Below, one piece after another: positions 14,637 to 26,595 of a stretch of 64,000 nt of DNA (its first letter is position 1; each line of letters begins with the position of its first letter). The notes beneath the pieces were generated by a model. The model had not been told where the DNA came from, did no database searches, and saw only the letters and a list, made by a program, of their open reading frames with translations. Location: the NCBI RefSeq assembly GCF_009914755.1, contig NC_060927.1; one strand, 5' to 3'. The DNA is from the human T2T-CHM13v2.0 reference genome, Homo sapiens. The position numbers were made by a program, and so were the translations under genes.

Positions 14637-15059
14637 TTCACTCATCATTCTTGCACCTGTGGCAGACATTACTAGTTGATTACAGCACTCTTTCCAGTTG
14701 AGCTGGAATACACCCTTAGATTGCTTCTCCATGTAATGCTTCATGTAGACACTCTCAATTGACCTAAGGTGACATGAAAACTATTTTTAAATCTTACGTG
14801 GAGAGAGGAATTGTCAGATAAAGCTAATAAAGTTGTTGAGCTCAACATCTGGAAAGATTTGAATGCCATACTAAGGTGTTCGATTATATTAACCTGGCAC
14901 TTCCATACTGGGGATTATTACACTTGAGAAAAACAAGTCAGAGAATATGGCTTAGCAAGTCTAAATCACTGGAGTGGCATTTGGCATGTGGTGAGTTTCT
15001 TATTTGTGATGGTTTTTTGTTAACTCCATTCAAGAGGGGTCAGGAAACTTCTTGAGTAT

Positions 15060-15499
15060 TGCCACGGTTTGGATATGGTTTGTCCCAACCACAACTCATG
15101 TTGAAATTTGATCCCCAATGTGGCAGTGTTGTGTGATAGGGTATAATGACAGGCATTTGGATCACAGGAGTGCATCTTTCATGAATAGAAGAATGCCCTT
15201 TGTTGTGGGTGAGTTCTCATTCTCTCAGGAAAGATTATTTCCCACAAGAATGAGTTGTTAAAATAATCTGGCTTCCTTTGTCTCTCTCTTGTTTTCTCTC
15301 ACCATGTGATATCTTTGCACATGCCCCCTCCCTTTCCACTTTCTGCCAGGAGTTGAAGTAATCTGAAGCCCTCACCAGATGCAGCTACCCAATTTTGAAC
15401 TTTCCAGCCACCAGAATCATGAGCCACATAAACATCTTTTCTTTATAAACTACCCAGTCTCAGGTATTTGGTTATAGCAACACTAAATGTACTAAGACT
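15060..15499 (+). mobile_element. MSTB-type (ERVL-MaLR) solo LTR
   Basis: TGCCACGGTTTGGATATGGTTTGTCCC...TACCCAGTCTCAGGTAT...ACTAAGAC; 5-bp TSD AGTAT at 15055-15059 and 15500-15504. Confidence 0.88.
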
Positions 15500-16231
15500 A
15501 GTATCTTAACATAATTTATACAGAAAGGCATTTTGCATCCTGGACCTCAAATACAGCATCAGAATGAAGGTTGAGGTAACTGTTATTCATTGTAAATACA
15601 GTTTCAGTAAATGCTGTAAAATTGTGATGGAAATTTTGAAGTAAATGAAATTTCCTTAAAGTATTTATTTTTAGATGGACTCTGGGAGCCCCACAGTCAG
15701 ATGAAGCCTCTATGAATCAGAAGAGACTGAATGAATAGAAACAATTTTTCAAACAGAGTTGAAACTGGAGTCAGAATAGCATAATTCATAATAGGAGATC
15801 ATCTTGGGTGAGGCAAACACAAATAGAGGTTTGTGGCTGAGGAGTTGAATAAAACTGAACCAGTGTGAAGTGGTTTAGGAGCCAGTCCGGAGCTAACAGG
15901 GAGTATCCTGGTCAGTTTTCTTGGAAATAGAGCCTGAGACAGGGATGTGGTTATGTTATATGTGATTTTTGAGCAACAGGTCATTATGACAAACCTCTGT
16001 GAACAGACAGAGAGAGAAAGAAACAGAACAGGAAAGGAAAAAAAGTGAAGCCTAGCCTCAGTCTGATCACTAAAAGTGGGAGAAATCTTGAGACTAAACT
16101 GCACCACTGAGTACTTGACCTGCCCCAGCCCTTTGAATCTTGTCTCCATTAGTTATTGGCCATCAAGGAGGTTAAGCAATTTAAAATCGTCCAAAAGCCA
16201 TCCAAATGGGGAGGGACTGGGAGGAACCTAC

Positions 16232-16540
16232 TATAATAGCTAATTTTATGTGCCAACTTAGTGGGTGTTTTTGGGTGAAGCTGAAATTTAAATTGGTAGA
16301 CTTTAAGTAAGCGAACTGCCCTCCATGTTGGGAGTGAGCCTCACCCAGTCAGTTGAAGACTTGACTAGAACAAAAATACTGGTCTCTCCAAGCAAGAGGG
16401 AATTCTCCTACAGACTGCCTTTGAACTTTATCTGCACCATGAGCTCTCCTGGGTCTCCAGCCAGATGGCCACACTGAAGATTTAGTCTTGCCAGTCTCCA
16501 TAATTGCAATCGTGTGATCCAATTCCTTAAAACACATCTC

Positions 16541-16585
<45 letters not shown>

Positions 16586-16622
16586 TCTATTGGTTTTTGT
16601 TTATCTAGTGAACCCTAATATG
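16232..16622 (+). mobile_element. MLT2B-type (ERVL) solo LTR
   Basis: TAATTTTATGTGCCAACTT...CAGTCAGTTGAAGACTTGACTAGAACAAAA...CTATTGGTTTTTGTTT...GAACCCTAATA. Confidence 0.8.
16543..16582. repeat. (CA)20 microsatellite within MLT2
   Basis: Seen directly. Confidence 0.97.
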
Positions 16623-16954
16623 CCTATTGGAAGTCTCTGTCTCAGGGGAGGTGGTTCCCATCAGCCAAGGACAAGTCTTCTGCAAAGCTCACAGGTACAA
16701 GCTCTTAGAAGTGGTCCCTGCAGCAACTGGGTGCACCAGCAAGGAACAGGAATCTTGGTGGAGTGCCATTCTACTTCAGGGAGGATACATTTGGACAATG
16801 CTTTTATGGAGTGCTTGAAGAATGCTAGAGGAATAAACAGCATGGAATTAAATTTATTTTAGTTGCAAGTGAAGTTGATGGCCCTTCACAAGTTCCTCCT
16901 CAGTATATTGTCAGTTCTTGCAAAGCTCCTTTTAGTAACCATTTATTTGTTAGT

Positions 16955-17170
16955 ATGGCAACATGATATGGTGATTTCAACTTTTTGGGCTTTAAAGTCA
17001 GAGACACCTGTTGAAATTCCAGCTCCCTACTTACCAGCTGAGCAACATTTGCACATGTAACTTAACTTCTGAGTTTTGAGTCCACATCTATATGATAAAT
17101 ATTATAATAACCACCTGAAAGATGTGTTGTGAAGATTAAAACTAAAATTGATATCATACACAGAAAGCAG
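16955..17170 (+). mobile_element. MIR SINE
   Basis: GGGCTTTAAAGTCAGA...TTGAAATTCCAGCTCCCTACTTACCAGCTG...GTAACTTAAC. Confidence 0.65.
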
Positions 17171-17194
17171 ATATATGTCACCTGTGAATACTAA

Positions 17195-17365
17195 ACTCTT
17201 CTGTGCCAGACAGTGGGTTAAGCAATTTAAAATCATATGAGGCTAAATTCCCACAACAATTTTCTGAAGTAGATATTCAACCTGTTCTCTAATGTGGCAA
17301 CTACGGTGCAGAAAGGTTAAGACATGTGCCCAGGGTCACCAGTCTGGGAAACAAAGGAGCTAATG
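17195..17365 (-). mobile_element. MIR SINE
   Basis: TGTGCCAGACAGTGGGTTAAGC...GCAGAAAGGTTAAGACATGTGCCCAGGGTCAC. Confidence 0.6.
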
Positions 17366-18511
17366 TTTTTCTAAGTTTGTATCAGGAAGTAAAGACTGGT
17401 CATCATTCTATCCTTTGTAGAAAACAGCACAGTGAGATACTGTTCAGCTTCTGATAAATAGAATTCTAGAAGCTTTGTGACTTGGTTGTCACTCTGGAGG
17501 CGTGGGATCCTGCTCCGGGAATCTAAAATCATGAGTCAATGCTGCAGGCTTCCACCACCCTTTGGAATGCTGCAGTAAGAGAGATGAGAAGTGGGAATGT
17601 CTAGGATGCCAGGTGGGAGGGGCACTTGGCCATTGCATCTTGAATCCAATGTGTCCAGTGAGCCTCATGCTCTTCCCACCGCCTGCCAATCATGGTGGCT
17701 AAGGGAGGTGAGTAAATGGAATCCAGGGGAAAATGAGACTTCTCAACTTCATTTTTGTATGCCATAATCAGGATGCAAATCAAAGTCTCTGGGACTGAAA
17801 AGGTCATAAATGGAAAACCTGCTGCACCTCTGAGTTTTCATAGATTTCAATGATTTGGTCTAAATCCAGATATCGTCTCAAAACAATAAAAAGGCTGCTG
17901 AATGGTAACTGAGGAGGACTGCTAAACTCTCAGCGAGCTCCTTTGACGTTACCAGGGGCATTTAATTTTCATGTTCTTGCAGTAAATTTGAAAGCAAATT
18001 ATAAAAGTAAGGCTCAGTTTTGGTAAGGCTCCAATTTATTTGCATGGGGCTTCTTCTAACTAGGCTTTGGGGGCTGCTGGCTAGTAAAGTTTAGATTTAA
18101 AGACCTTTGCCAAAGTGTCCAGTGTAAAAAGTTCCCGCATTTGTGGAATTTCCAAAGACATTTTGTTGTATGCTCCTAGGCCTCGTATTATCCACAGGTT
18201 TGGAAAGTGGGATGTGGTTGCTGGGAAGTAATATTTTTAAAGGGCAAGTGTGATAGGAATCAAATCACTTTGTCTAACGTATTTAGGGAAATCACATAGT
18301 GTCTGCTTCTACGTTAAAATTTAATTATTGCTTTAGTTTCACAATTTGCCTTTCAAGGGAAATTGAGGCCTGTAAGAGGTGTTCTGCATAGTAATTAGGA
18401 TCTCCAGGTCTCAGTTTCTTCATCTAAAACATGGTGATAATAGATGAAGTAAATTTAATAATGCTTGTAAAGCCCTTAGTGACATTGGTGACATATATTA
18501 TATATTAAGTA

Positions 18512-18782
18512 CAGTCAGCCCTTTGAATCTGTGGATTCGAGCAACCACAGATTTAAAAAATTTGAAAAAAATACCAATAAAAAATAACAATACAACATAT
18601 TAAAAATGCAAATTAAAAAATACACTATAACAACAATTTCCATAGCATTTACATTGTATTAGGTGTTATTAGTAATCTAGAGATGATTTAAAGTATAAAA
18701 GAGGATGTGCAGAAGTTATATGCAGATTTTGATATCTGTGGGGTCCTGGAACCAATCCCCCATAGATACAGAGGGATGCCTG
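18512..18782 (-). mobile_element. MER2/MER2B (TcMar-Tigger) DNA transposon
   Basis: CAGTCAGCCCT...GGGGTCCTGGAACCAATCCCCCATAGATACAGAGGGATGCCTG, flanked by TA on both sides; inserted at the tail of a MIR fragment (about 18390-18510). Confidence 0.88.
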
Positions 18783-21700
18783 TACTTATAATAGGAAGCT
18801 AATATAGCAATCATTAACAGGAAAAAAATCTTGCAGTTATAGGATGAACAAAAATTGTTTGCAATCCATGAGGCTGAGAAATAGAGCAATCTACAGGTTT
18901 TGACCCAGACATTATTTGGACTCTGGTGCATGATCAATGGCTTTGAATGAGGTTGCTTTTTTGAAGGAGGGAAGATGGATCTCCGTCTACTCTGAACTTC
19001 ATTCGACACTGAAAAGGATGACGATCAGTGTCATGGTGTATCAGGGTTCCATTTTTACAAATGGTTGCACATATCCCTCATTTGAGAGTTCAAATGAGCA
19101 GTTTAGGAAGAGAAAATGAGTATCTATGTTTTTGAAGGCCAACCTGGGAACGCAAATCTGGAATTTGGGATCTCACTAGAAAGCCTGTGTTATTTAAATT
19201 TCCAAAATGAGCCCTTCTAATGTCACCTCAAGCTAATGTGTGGGTCTGTTTGAATAACAGCTTTGAGCAATTTCTTCCAACAGTGCCTACTAAGCAATCC
19301 AGGATAAAAGTATTGTTTTTCCATGAATGGTGGAATTGTCAGGAAGGCAACAAATTGCACCAGACTTTTGCTGGTGAAACAGAATTCAAGCATGTTTTTT
19401 TGTTGTTGTTGTTGTTTTTACTTTTTAAAAAAACCTTTGAGAGACTACTGATGTGAGAATACTATATGCTTGCTAGAGATTCTACAGATGACAACACACT
19501 ATACTAGAATCTTGCCTTATTTTTCTCTTTCCACTAGCCCCATCAACCATCTCTCACCAGAAAGAATAGGTGAAGAGGTTGAGTTGTAGATCTCATTTCT
19601 CCTGTTTTGCTGCTTGTGAAGTCTGCCAACAGAATCCACCTTGACAAAGTCAAGGACTGTGCGTTTAATGTTGAACTGAGTGAATAAATTATGCATGAAA
19701 TTGTGCCGGAGTCTCTAGTGTGCAGAATTGCTCCTTTTGATATGAAAGGTTAATTCAGAAAGGAGTCCAAAATAGCTGGAAATTGTGGGGATAAGTGGAG
19801 AGTATTCACTGTTGTGAGCTGTTATTACTAGAAATTGCATTCCCTCTCTGGCTTCCCCAGAGATTTCGCTTTGCCAGTGAATATAAACTGTACTCAATAG
19901 AATAGCATTTAGGAGTAACAAGAGTGTATGTCCACACACAATAAAATATTCTAATGGTGTTTTAAAGAGAAGTTGTCCTTTTTCATGTATATCATGCACC
20001 CCAAGGAAGAATTTCTATTGTATTTAGGTCAAGAACAAGGCATATCAAAAGTAATGAGTTTTGATCATATATGTGTTACAAGGGGCTGTTTGAGATTCCC
20101 ATTTCAGAGCCAGGGCTGGTCCTGCCACTGATTAGTTATGCAAGCCTGGCTTTTGATAAAACCGAAAGCATCCTTGAGAAGGAACCACCCCAAATTGTTT
20201 TATCACTGCATCTCACGCATCCGTCTTTAATTTAATCTTCAGTAAATTTATGGAGTTCTTCAACCTGTTTCACTTAAATGTCCTTTTTACACACATCCTT
20301 ATATCATTTTTACGTTAGTTCATTATTTCCAGCAGAAAAAAAATGTAGTTGGCCAGAAAGCTAAATTTTACTTAAAATACACGTACACATATTTTTGGAG
20401 CTTGTTAGAGACTCCTTTTTGTGTTTCTATCACAAGGGAACAGAATTGTGCCACCAGACTGTGGTAGTTGTTTATTTTTGTCGCTCTTATGTACATTTTC
20501 AGAAACCATCTCCTTAATCTCCACTGGGTACCAGTAGTTTTTTCTCTAATTATAAAGTGATATCATTTCTGACCTGGGGTAGTTTTTAATTTTAATTTCT
20601 GCTTTGTGTTTATAAACTGATAGACTACATTATCCTGTTGGGAACATTGGCAGAAAGACTTCAGTCTTTTGTGTTGGTTTTAACAATTAGATATTCATTC
20701 AATGTATTAAAATGTGTTTGGGGCCAACTAAAGATGCATTTTTGATGTAGATTTTTTTCCTTTCTGTGTTCCACTTATCTATATATTTTACATTAGCAAT
20801 GAAGCTTTTAAAATTCTAGATTGGTGATGGTGAATAGCTGTAGTATTATTAAAAAAAATCTAACAAAAGTTAAAGTGAACAAAATTGATCCAATTACTCT
20901 TTTTTAGGTATTCCTTTTTTGTTTCAAAATGTTTATGCAGCAAAATATATATAAATCTTGGCATAGGGAAGATATTCCTACGAATTTTGGCAGATGCTGG
21001 GTTAAAATAAAGTAGTTATTGAAACACCAAGGTGCCTGTGGGGTTTTTTTTAAATGTGTTTTTTGTTACTTTATGGCATTACCAATGAGCATTTAGAATG
21101 ACCAATCCTTAGCCCACTAATTAATGCCAAGTGTATTAAGTTTTTTGTTCTGCTGCCTGTGACTCATTAGTCTGAGCTCTGGATAGCAAATTGGCAAAAT
21201 GGCCTCTTGTCACTGGAAAATCTTCCTAGTACACAATGAAAATATATTGCGCTTAGGGGGTAAAGGGGATGCAGATTTTTTTTTCAGGTGAATCTGGATG
21301 TTTTAGGCTGCTAAAGTTTGAGAAATAAGTCCCAAGACACTATGCAATGTGCTTAACATTCCGATGATTATAGTGGTATGTACCTAGGTAATGTTAGCTG
21401 CTGTGTACTTAAACATATTTTAAGCCAACCAGATATTCATTTTTGATGTAAGTTCAAATGCCTTCAACAGATCAAACTGAAAAATCATTAAATCAACTTT
21501 GTAGCACTGAGAACAGGTATCAAAGGCAGTGAAGATACGGATTGGTGTCTGGTTATAATTTACACAATGTGCAAGACAGACTAAGGAGTAGAAATTTTCC
21601 TATTACTGTGTAACACACACATGCACAAATAAAACAAAAACTGGAAGTTCTTCTAAGCAATATTTATTGTAGCATTGATATACTTACAATATATATTACA

Positions 21701-21810
21701 TAAATAAAATGTAACTGTGTTTACATATAAAATCTATACTTCACATAAAAAGGAAATAATTGTAAATATTTTATATATTTTAAATGTTTTATATAATTTT
21801 AATTAAACTT

Positions 21811-22135
21811 TAAATAAAATACTTTAATTATATTAAAATATTACATAAAGTAAAATACTTTAATTAAAGTATTACATAAGGTAAAATACTTTAATTATAT
21901 TAGAGTATTACATAAAGTAAAATACTTTAATTATATAATTAATTATATATATATAATTAATTATAATATATATTATAATTAATATATATAATTAATTATA
22001 ATATATATTATAATTAATATATATAATTAATTATAATATATATTATAATTTATATATATTAATTATAATATATTATAATTTATATATATCGTTAATTATA
22101 ATATTAATTATAATATAATTAAAGTATTTTATTTA
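21811..22135. repeat. AT-rich compound minisatellite with inverted arms
   Basis: A 31-36 bp unit beginning AAAATACTTTAATTA occurs about 3.5 times (21816-21936); a 35-bp unit occurs about 2.9 times (21951-22050); 25-bp perfect inverted repeat at the ends. Confidence 0.9.
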
Positions 22136-23539
22136 ATATTATTTATTTAGTATGTTTTAAATATTTTACTTAAAAGTATGGTGACAGAATGTTGACTTTT
22201 ACCCCAGACATTTTTGCAGGCAAAGAATCACCCATCGAAACAATTTAGAAGCAAATGGAGGATCTTTTCCATAAGTAATTAATACCTTTAAAAGCATGTT
22301 TGAAATAATTAGTTAAGCAAGAGAATCAATCTCTTTTAAAAGCTTCCAATTCACTAGAGGCTCATTCAGTAGCACACACCTGCTCACCAATAGTCCAATG
22401 CCCTGCCACCATTAATATATTTTTTTTTCATCCAACCCCCTTTTTCTTTGAGGGGAGGGAAAGTTGATATATATTTTCTTAAAAATATATTTGCTTCTTC
22501 CGCCCCCACTCCTTTACCCCAAGGTCCAAAAACATGATGCATTCATTTCTCACTCCAAAGTGAAGCGACTAGTGAATATTTAGAAGCTCGGGTTTTAAAT
22601 TGCATATATTAAATGCACATAAAATGAATATATTGTTTGTGAAATATTAAACCAAGTAATTTTTTCCCAGTTGTTGAGCACAAATGTGGGCTTTTAATGC
22701 ACATGTGTTACCTTGGGAAAATCTGGAGCTTTATTAGCTCTTCTTTAAATCATACAAATTATTCCTTTTAACTGTAAATGATCTCTTCTTTTGGTAAGTT
22801 TCCTTAACTAAAGATAACTTCACAAAAGCACATGTCAGCTAACGAGAAACGCAAGGAGAAAATAACTCTGTTCAGAGGTGATTTATCTTTTTAAGCATCA
22901 CTCGGGGGCCATATAAAAGGCAATTTTTAAAATGCAAGTAATCTTTAGGAAAATATTATGAAAGGACACTGTTAGTATTCTGTTGTGTTGTATTAGCATC
23001 CATTTCTTGGGCAAGATGTTTCATTTTAACAATATCCTCCACTGCATGAAAATTAATTTATTTTCTTCTTTGGCACAACTCCATGCCTTTTTTTCTTTAT
23101 CATCCCAGTGGATGAAACGATCTGAGTGAGCAACATATTTTTTTTGAAAGAACAAATGTATAAGTGAAGGTGACCAATGAAAATATTTAGTTAAAAAGGG
23201 AAAAGTGATTGATGCAGATCTTCCCGGTGAGCACTTTGGAGTCCTGCTGATTGGCTATAAGAAACAACCATCTACCCCAACTTTTGAGGGAAATCATTTT
23301 AATCCATGAATGCTGCATATTGATTTTGGAAGATTTGCAATGCGGTACATGTAATGGGTATTTTTGCAGCTGGTACCAAATGTATCCAAAATTAATATTT
23401 ATTTTACATTATTCATTTTATTCTTGTACTTTCCAATTTTTAGGCATACAAATTAATACTTACCTTGAAATACTTTTGAAAATCAGTATTTTTATTACTT
23501 GGAAGCCTGGGAATCCTGTTTCTTTTGTTGTTTCACATT

Positions 23540-24009
23540 GCACTACTTTTCTATTGCTTTTGCAACAAACTACTGTAAACCCTGCAGTTTCAACAATACG
23601 TATTTATTATTGTACAGTTCTGGGGCTCACTGAGCAAAATCATGGTGTTGGCAGGGCTAAATTCCTTTCTGGAGGTCTAGGGGATAATTTATGTCTTTGC
23701 TTTTTCCTGCTTCTAGAAGTGGCCCACATTCTTTGTCTGGTGGCCCCTTCCTTTATCCTCAAAGTCAGCCCTGTTCATCCCTCTGGCTCCCTTCCATAGT
23801 CACATCTTTCTCTCCCTCTGACATCATCAGGGAAAGGCCTTGTTAAGGACTCATGTGACTAGGCTGGGCCCACCCAGGTAATCCAGGTTAATCTATGAGC
23901 TCAACATCCTTCACCTTTGTTACACCTGCGAATTCCCTTTTGGCAGGTGAGGTCACATACTCACAGGTTCCAGGGATTTGGATGTACCATTGTTCTGCTT
24001 ACTGCTCAC
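23540..24009 (-). mobile_element. MLT1D-type solo LTR
   Basis: TTCCTTTCTGGAGGTCTAGGGGA...GGACTCATGTGACTAGGCTGGGCCCACCCAGGTAATCCAGG...CACAGGTTCCAGGGATT. Confidence 0.82.
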
Positions 24010-24156
24010 AGAAAGATAAAGAATGTTAACAGTAATAGCAGTTACTGTCATTTTTTAGTTGATGCCTCTTTTGGACCCCTTACAAAAGTGATAAAGTATG
24101 GTGCATAGTATGCACTAAGTATTTTTTGGGCTAACGAATGAATGAATTAAGGATAA

Positions 24157-24529
<373 letters not shown>

Positions 24530-24569
24530 ATATAATTTCTCAAGTATCTTCAAATTGTGCCAGATGTGT

Positions 24570-24937
24570 GTGTCTTTTTCCATTTGTGATACTATAGAAA
24601 AACACCTGAGACTGGTTGGCTTACAAAGAACAGTTCTGGAGCTTGGAAGTCCAAGATCAAGGTGCCTGCTTCTTGTTTAGACCTTCTTACTGTGTCTTTG
24701 CATGGCAGAAAGCGGAAGGGCAAGAGAGCGTGAATGTTGAGTCACCACATGGATGAAGAGCAGAAGAGAGTTGATCTGCTCTTGCAAACCATTTTTTATA
24801 GTGGCATTAATCTATTTATGGGGAGTGGAGCCCTCATGACCTAAACTCTTTCCATTGGGCACCACCTCCCCACACTGTTGTATTGGGGATTAAGTTTTCA
24901 ACACATGGATTTTGAGGGACATATTCAAATCATAGCA
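24570..24937 (-). mobile_element. MSTC/MSTD-type solo LTR
   Basis: AGTTCTGGAGCTTGGAAGTCCAAGATCAAGGTGCC...GAGCCCTCATGACCTAA...TTGGGGATTAAGTTT...TTCAAATCATAGCA. Confidence 0.8.
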
Positions 24938-24979
24938 ATGATTTGAATAGCAAAAATACCACTCAGGTAATTAAAAGAC

Positions 24980-25395
24980 ACATTTTGGTTAAGAGTTTAG
25001 ACTCTGGATTTATTCATTCATTTTTTTTTACACATTCCACAATTCCCTATTACTAAATACGTACTGTGCTACCGGCTGTGAATACAATGATGAGCAGAAC
25101 AGATGTGCTCTCTTGCCTCATGATGCTTTCAATCTAGTGGAAAGGGCAAACTATTAGGTAAATAAACAAATTAAGGTTCATATCCTGGTGCCATAACTTA
25201 CCAGCTGTGTTATGTGATTCTGGGCAGATGACTTAACCTCTCTGAAACTTGATTTCCTCATCTGTAGCTGAGGTTAATAGGACTTACCTTGAGAGGTTTT
25301 TATAAAGATTAAATTACTTATTACACATAAATTTTTATTACAATCCTTGGCACATAAGAATCATTTTTAAGTAACTTTTAAAAATGATCATTATT
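24980..25395 (+). mobile_element. MIR SINE split by an antisense L2 fragment (about 25010-25172)
   Basis: MIR head GGTTAAGAGTTTAGACTCTGGA, then L2 tail ATTCATTCATT...GCCTCATGATGCTTTCAATCTAGTGG, then the MIR resumes GGTTCATATCCTGG...ACTTAACCTCTCTGAAACTTGATTTCCTCATCTGTA. Confidence 0.7.
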
Positions 25396-25544
25396 AGGCA
25401 CCTAAAGAAAGCTTGACTCTATTTTTGATGAGGAAGTTTCATCCTTTATAGGGACAACACCAAATATCAATATAAACTTTAAGAGGGTAAAACTGTATCC
25501 TAACTTTCTCTCACTGATTGCTCATGCTAAATTTTCAAGAAAAT

Positions 25545-25830
25545 ACTATTACTACTACTATTGCTACTATACCTATAACTATTAATATTATTACAATACT
25601 TACCTTTACTAACTTCTTCTTATGTGTCAGACACTATTCTAATCACTATGTCTGCATTATATTATTTAATGCAGATCACAGCCCTGTAGTGTGAATTGGT
25701 CGCTCTTATAGAACTCACTTCACAGCTAAGAAATTTGAGAGAAGACGGTTAAACCCTACATCTACAACAGGAGAGTGACAGAGCCAGGATTCCTACTCAG
25801 GCAGTCTGACTCAGGTGTCAACCATTCTTT
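25545..25830 (-). mobile_element. MIR SINE with (ACT)n-like tail
   Basis: TATGTGTCAGACACTATTCTAA...GACAGAGCCAGGATTCCTACTCAGGCAGTCTGACTC. Confidence 0.65.
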
Positions 25831-25996
25831 GGAAGGCGGCAGGATTTGGGATAATTTTCCAATGAGGCAAATTGCATGGTGTAGGATGGTGTGAAAACAG
25901 AAGAGGACTATAGCACTGAGAATTTCATTTTGCTCTGTATTTTCTAAGATAAAAGATCAAAGAGACATAACTCCTAAGATAAAAGAGACATAACTC

Positions 25997-26270
25997 ATTT
26001 GTTCATATATTTATTCTTTGATCAAACATTTACTGCATACCTACCAGGTAGTGGGTACTGTTAGAGGTGATTAAATTTGTGTCCTCAAGGAGCTCTTAGT
26101 ACATTGTCGGGACAAGTAGTCACCATGGAGTTTGCTGCCTGTCTTAATAGAGGTCTGTGCATATGATGCTTAGGAAACTTCAGTACATCTCACCTAGCAT
26201 TCTCACCAGCCTTTTCCTGGGTGGCCAGGAAAGGCTACCCAGAGGAAATATGTCATGAGGAACAATTCAT
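25997..26270 (-). mobile_element. L2 LINE 3' fragment
   Basis: ATCAAACATTTACTGCATACCTACCAGG...TGTCCTCAAGGAGCTCTTAGT. Confidence 0.55.
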
Positions 26271-26339
26271 TTGCTTACTAAAATCTTAGAAAATTACTTA
26301 CTGGCAAGATATGTGGATATGTACATAAATGCATATCAC

Positions 26340-26595
26340 AATGATTAATGATACAGGCTTTGGAGTTAAAACTGGCTGCTTTCAAACCTTGCCATTGCCA
26401 TTTATGAACCTTTGACCTTATACCCTTTAAGTCTTAAGAATATCTCTTTCTTTAGGTTGAGGTGAAGACTACAGGTAGAGATCTTGGTACCATGTCTGGT
26501 GTGTGGTAAATGGCCAAAGCCCATTAATGTTTATTATCATCATTATTGTTGTCACTAGCATCATCATCACCATCATCATCATCATTATCATTATA
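26340..26595 (+). mobile_element. MIR SINE with (CAT)n tail
   Basis: ACAGGCTTTGGAGTTAAAACTGG...; (CAT)n-rich stretch at about 26535-26592. Confidence 0.55.

Larger units (their letters stand above)
15905..16790 (-). mobile_element. LTR16C-like solo LTR, interrupted by MLT2
   Basis: TTCTTGGAAATAGAGCCTGAGACAGGGAT (reverse 3' end) and GCAGCAACTGGGTGCACCAG (reverse 5' end) flank the MLT2. Confidence 0.55.

Noticed and set aside
21288-21387. Possible 100-nt exon (TTTTTTTTTCAG|...TAG|GTAATG)
   Set aside because: Short pyrimidine tract with a nearby upstream AG and only a moderate donor
22909-22920. CArG/TATA-like CCATATAAAAGG
   Set aside because: Eight A/T bases between CC and GG rather than six; an isolated TATA-like word in AT-rich DNA is uninformative
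23251-23799. Longest ORF (182 aa)
   Set aside because: Non-ATG start, runs into an MLT1D LTR, no recognisable domain
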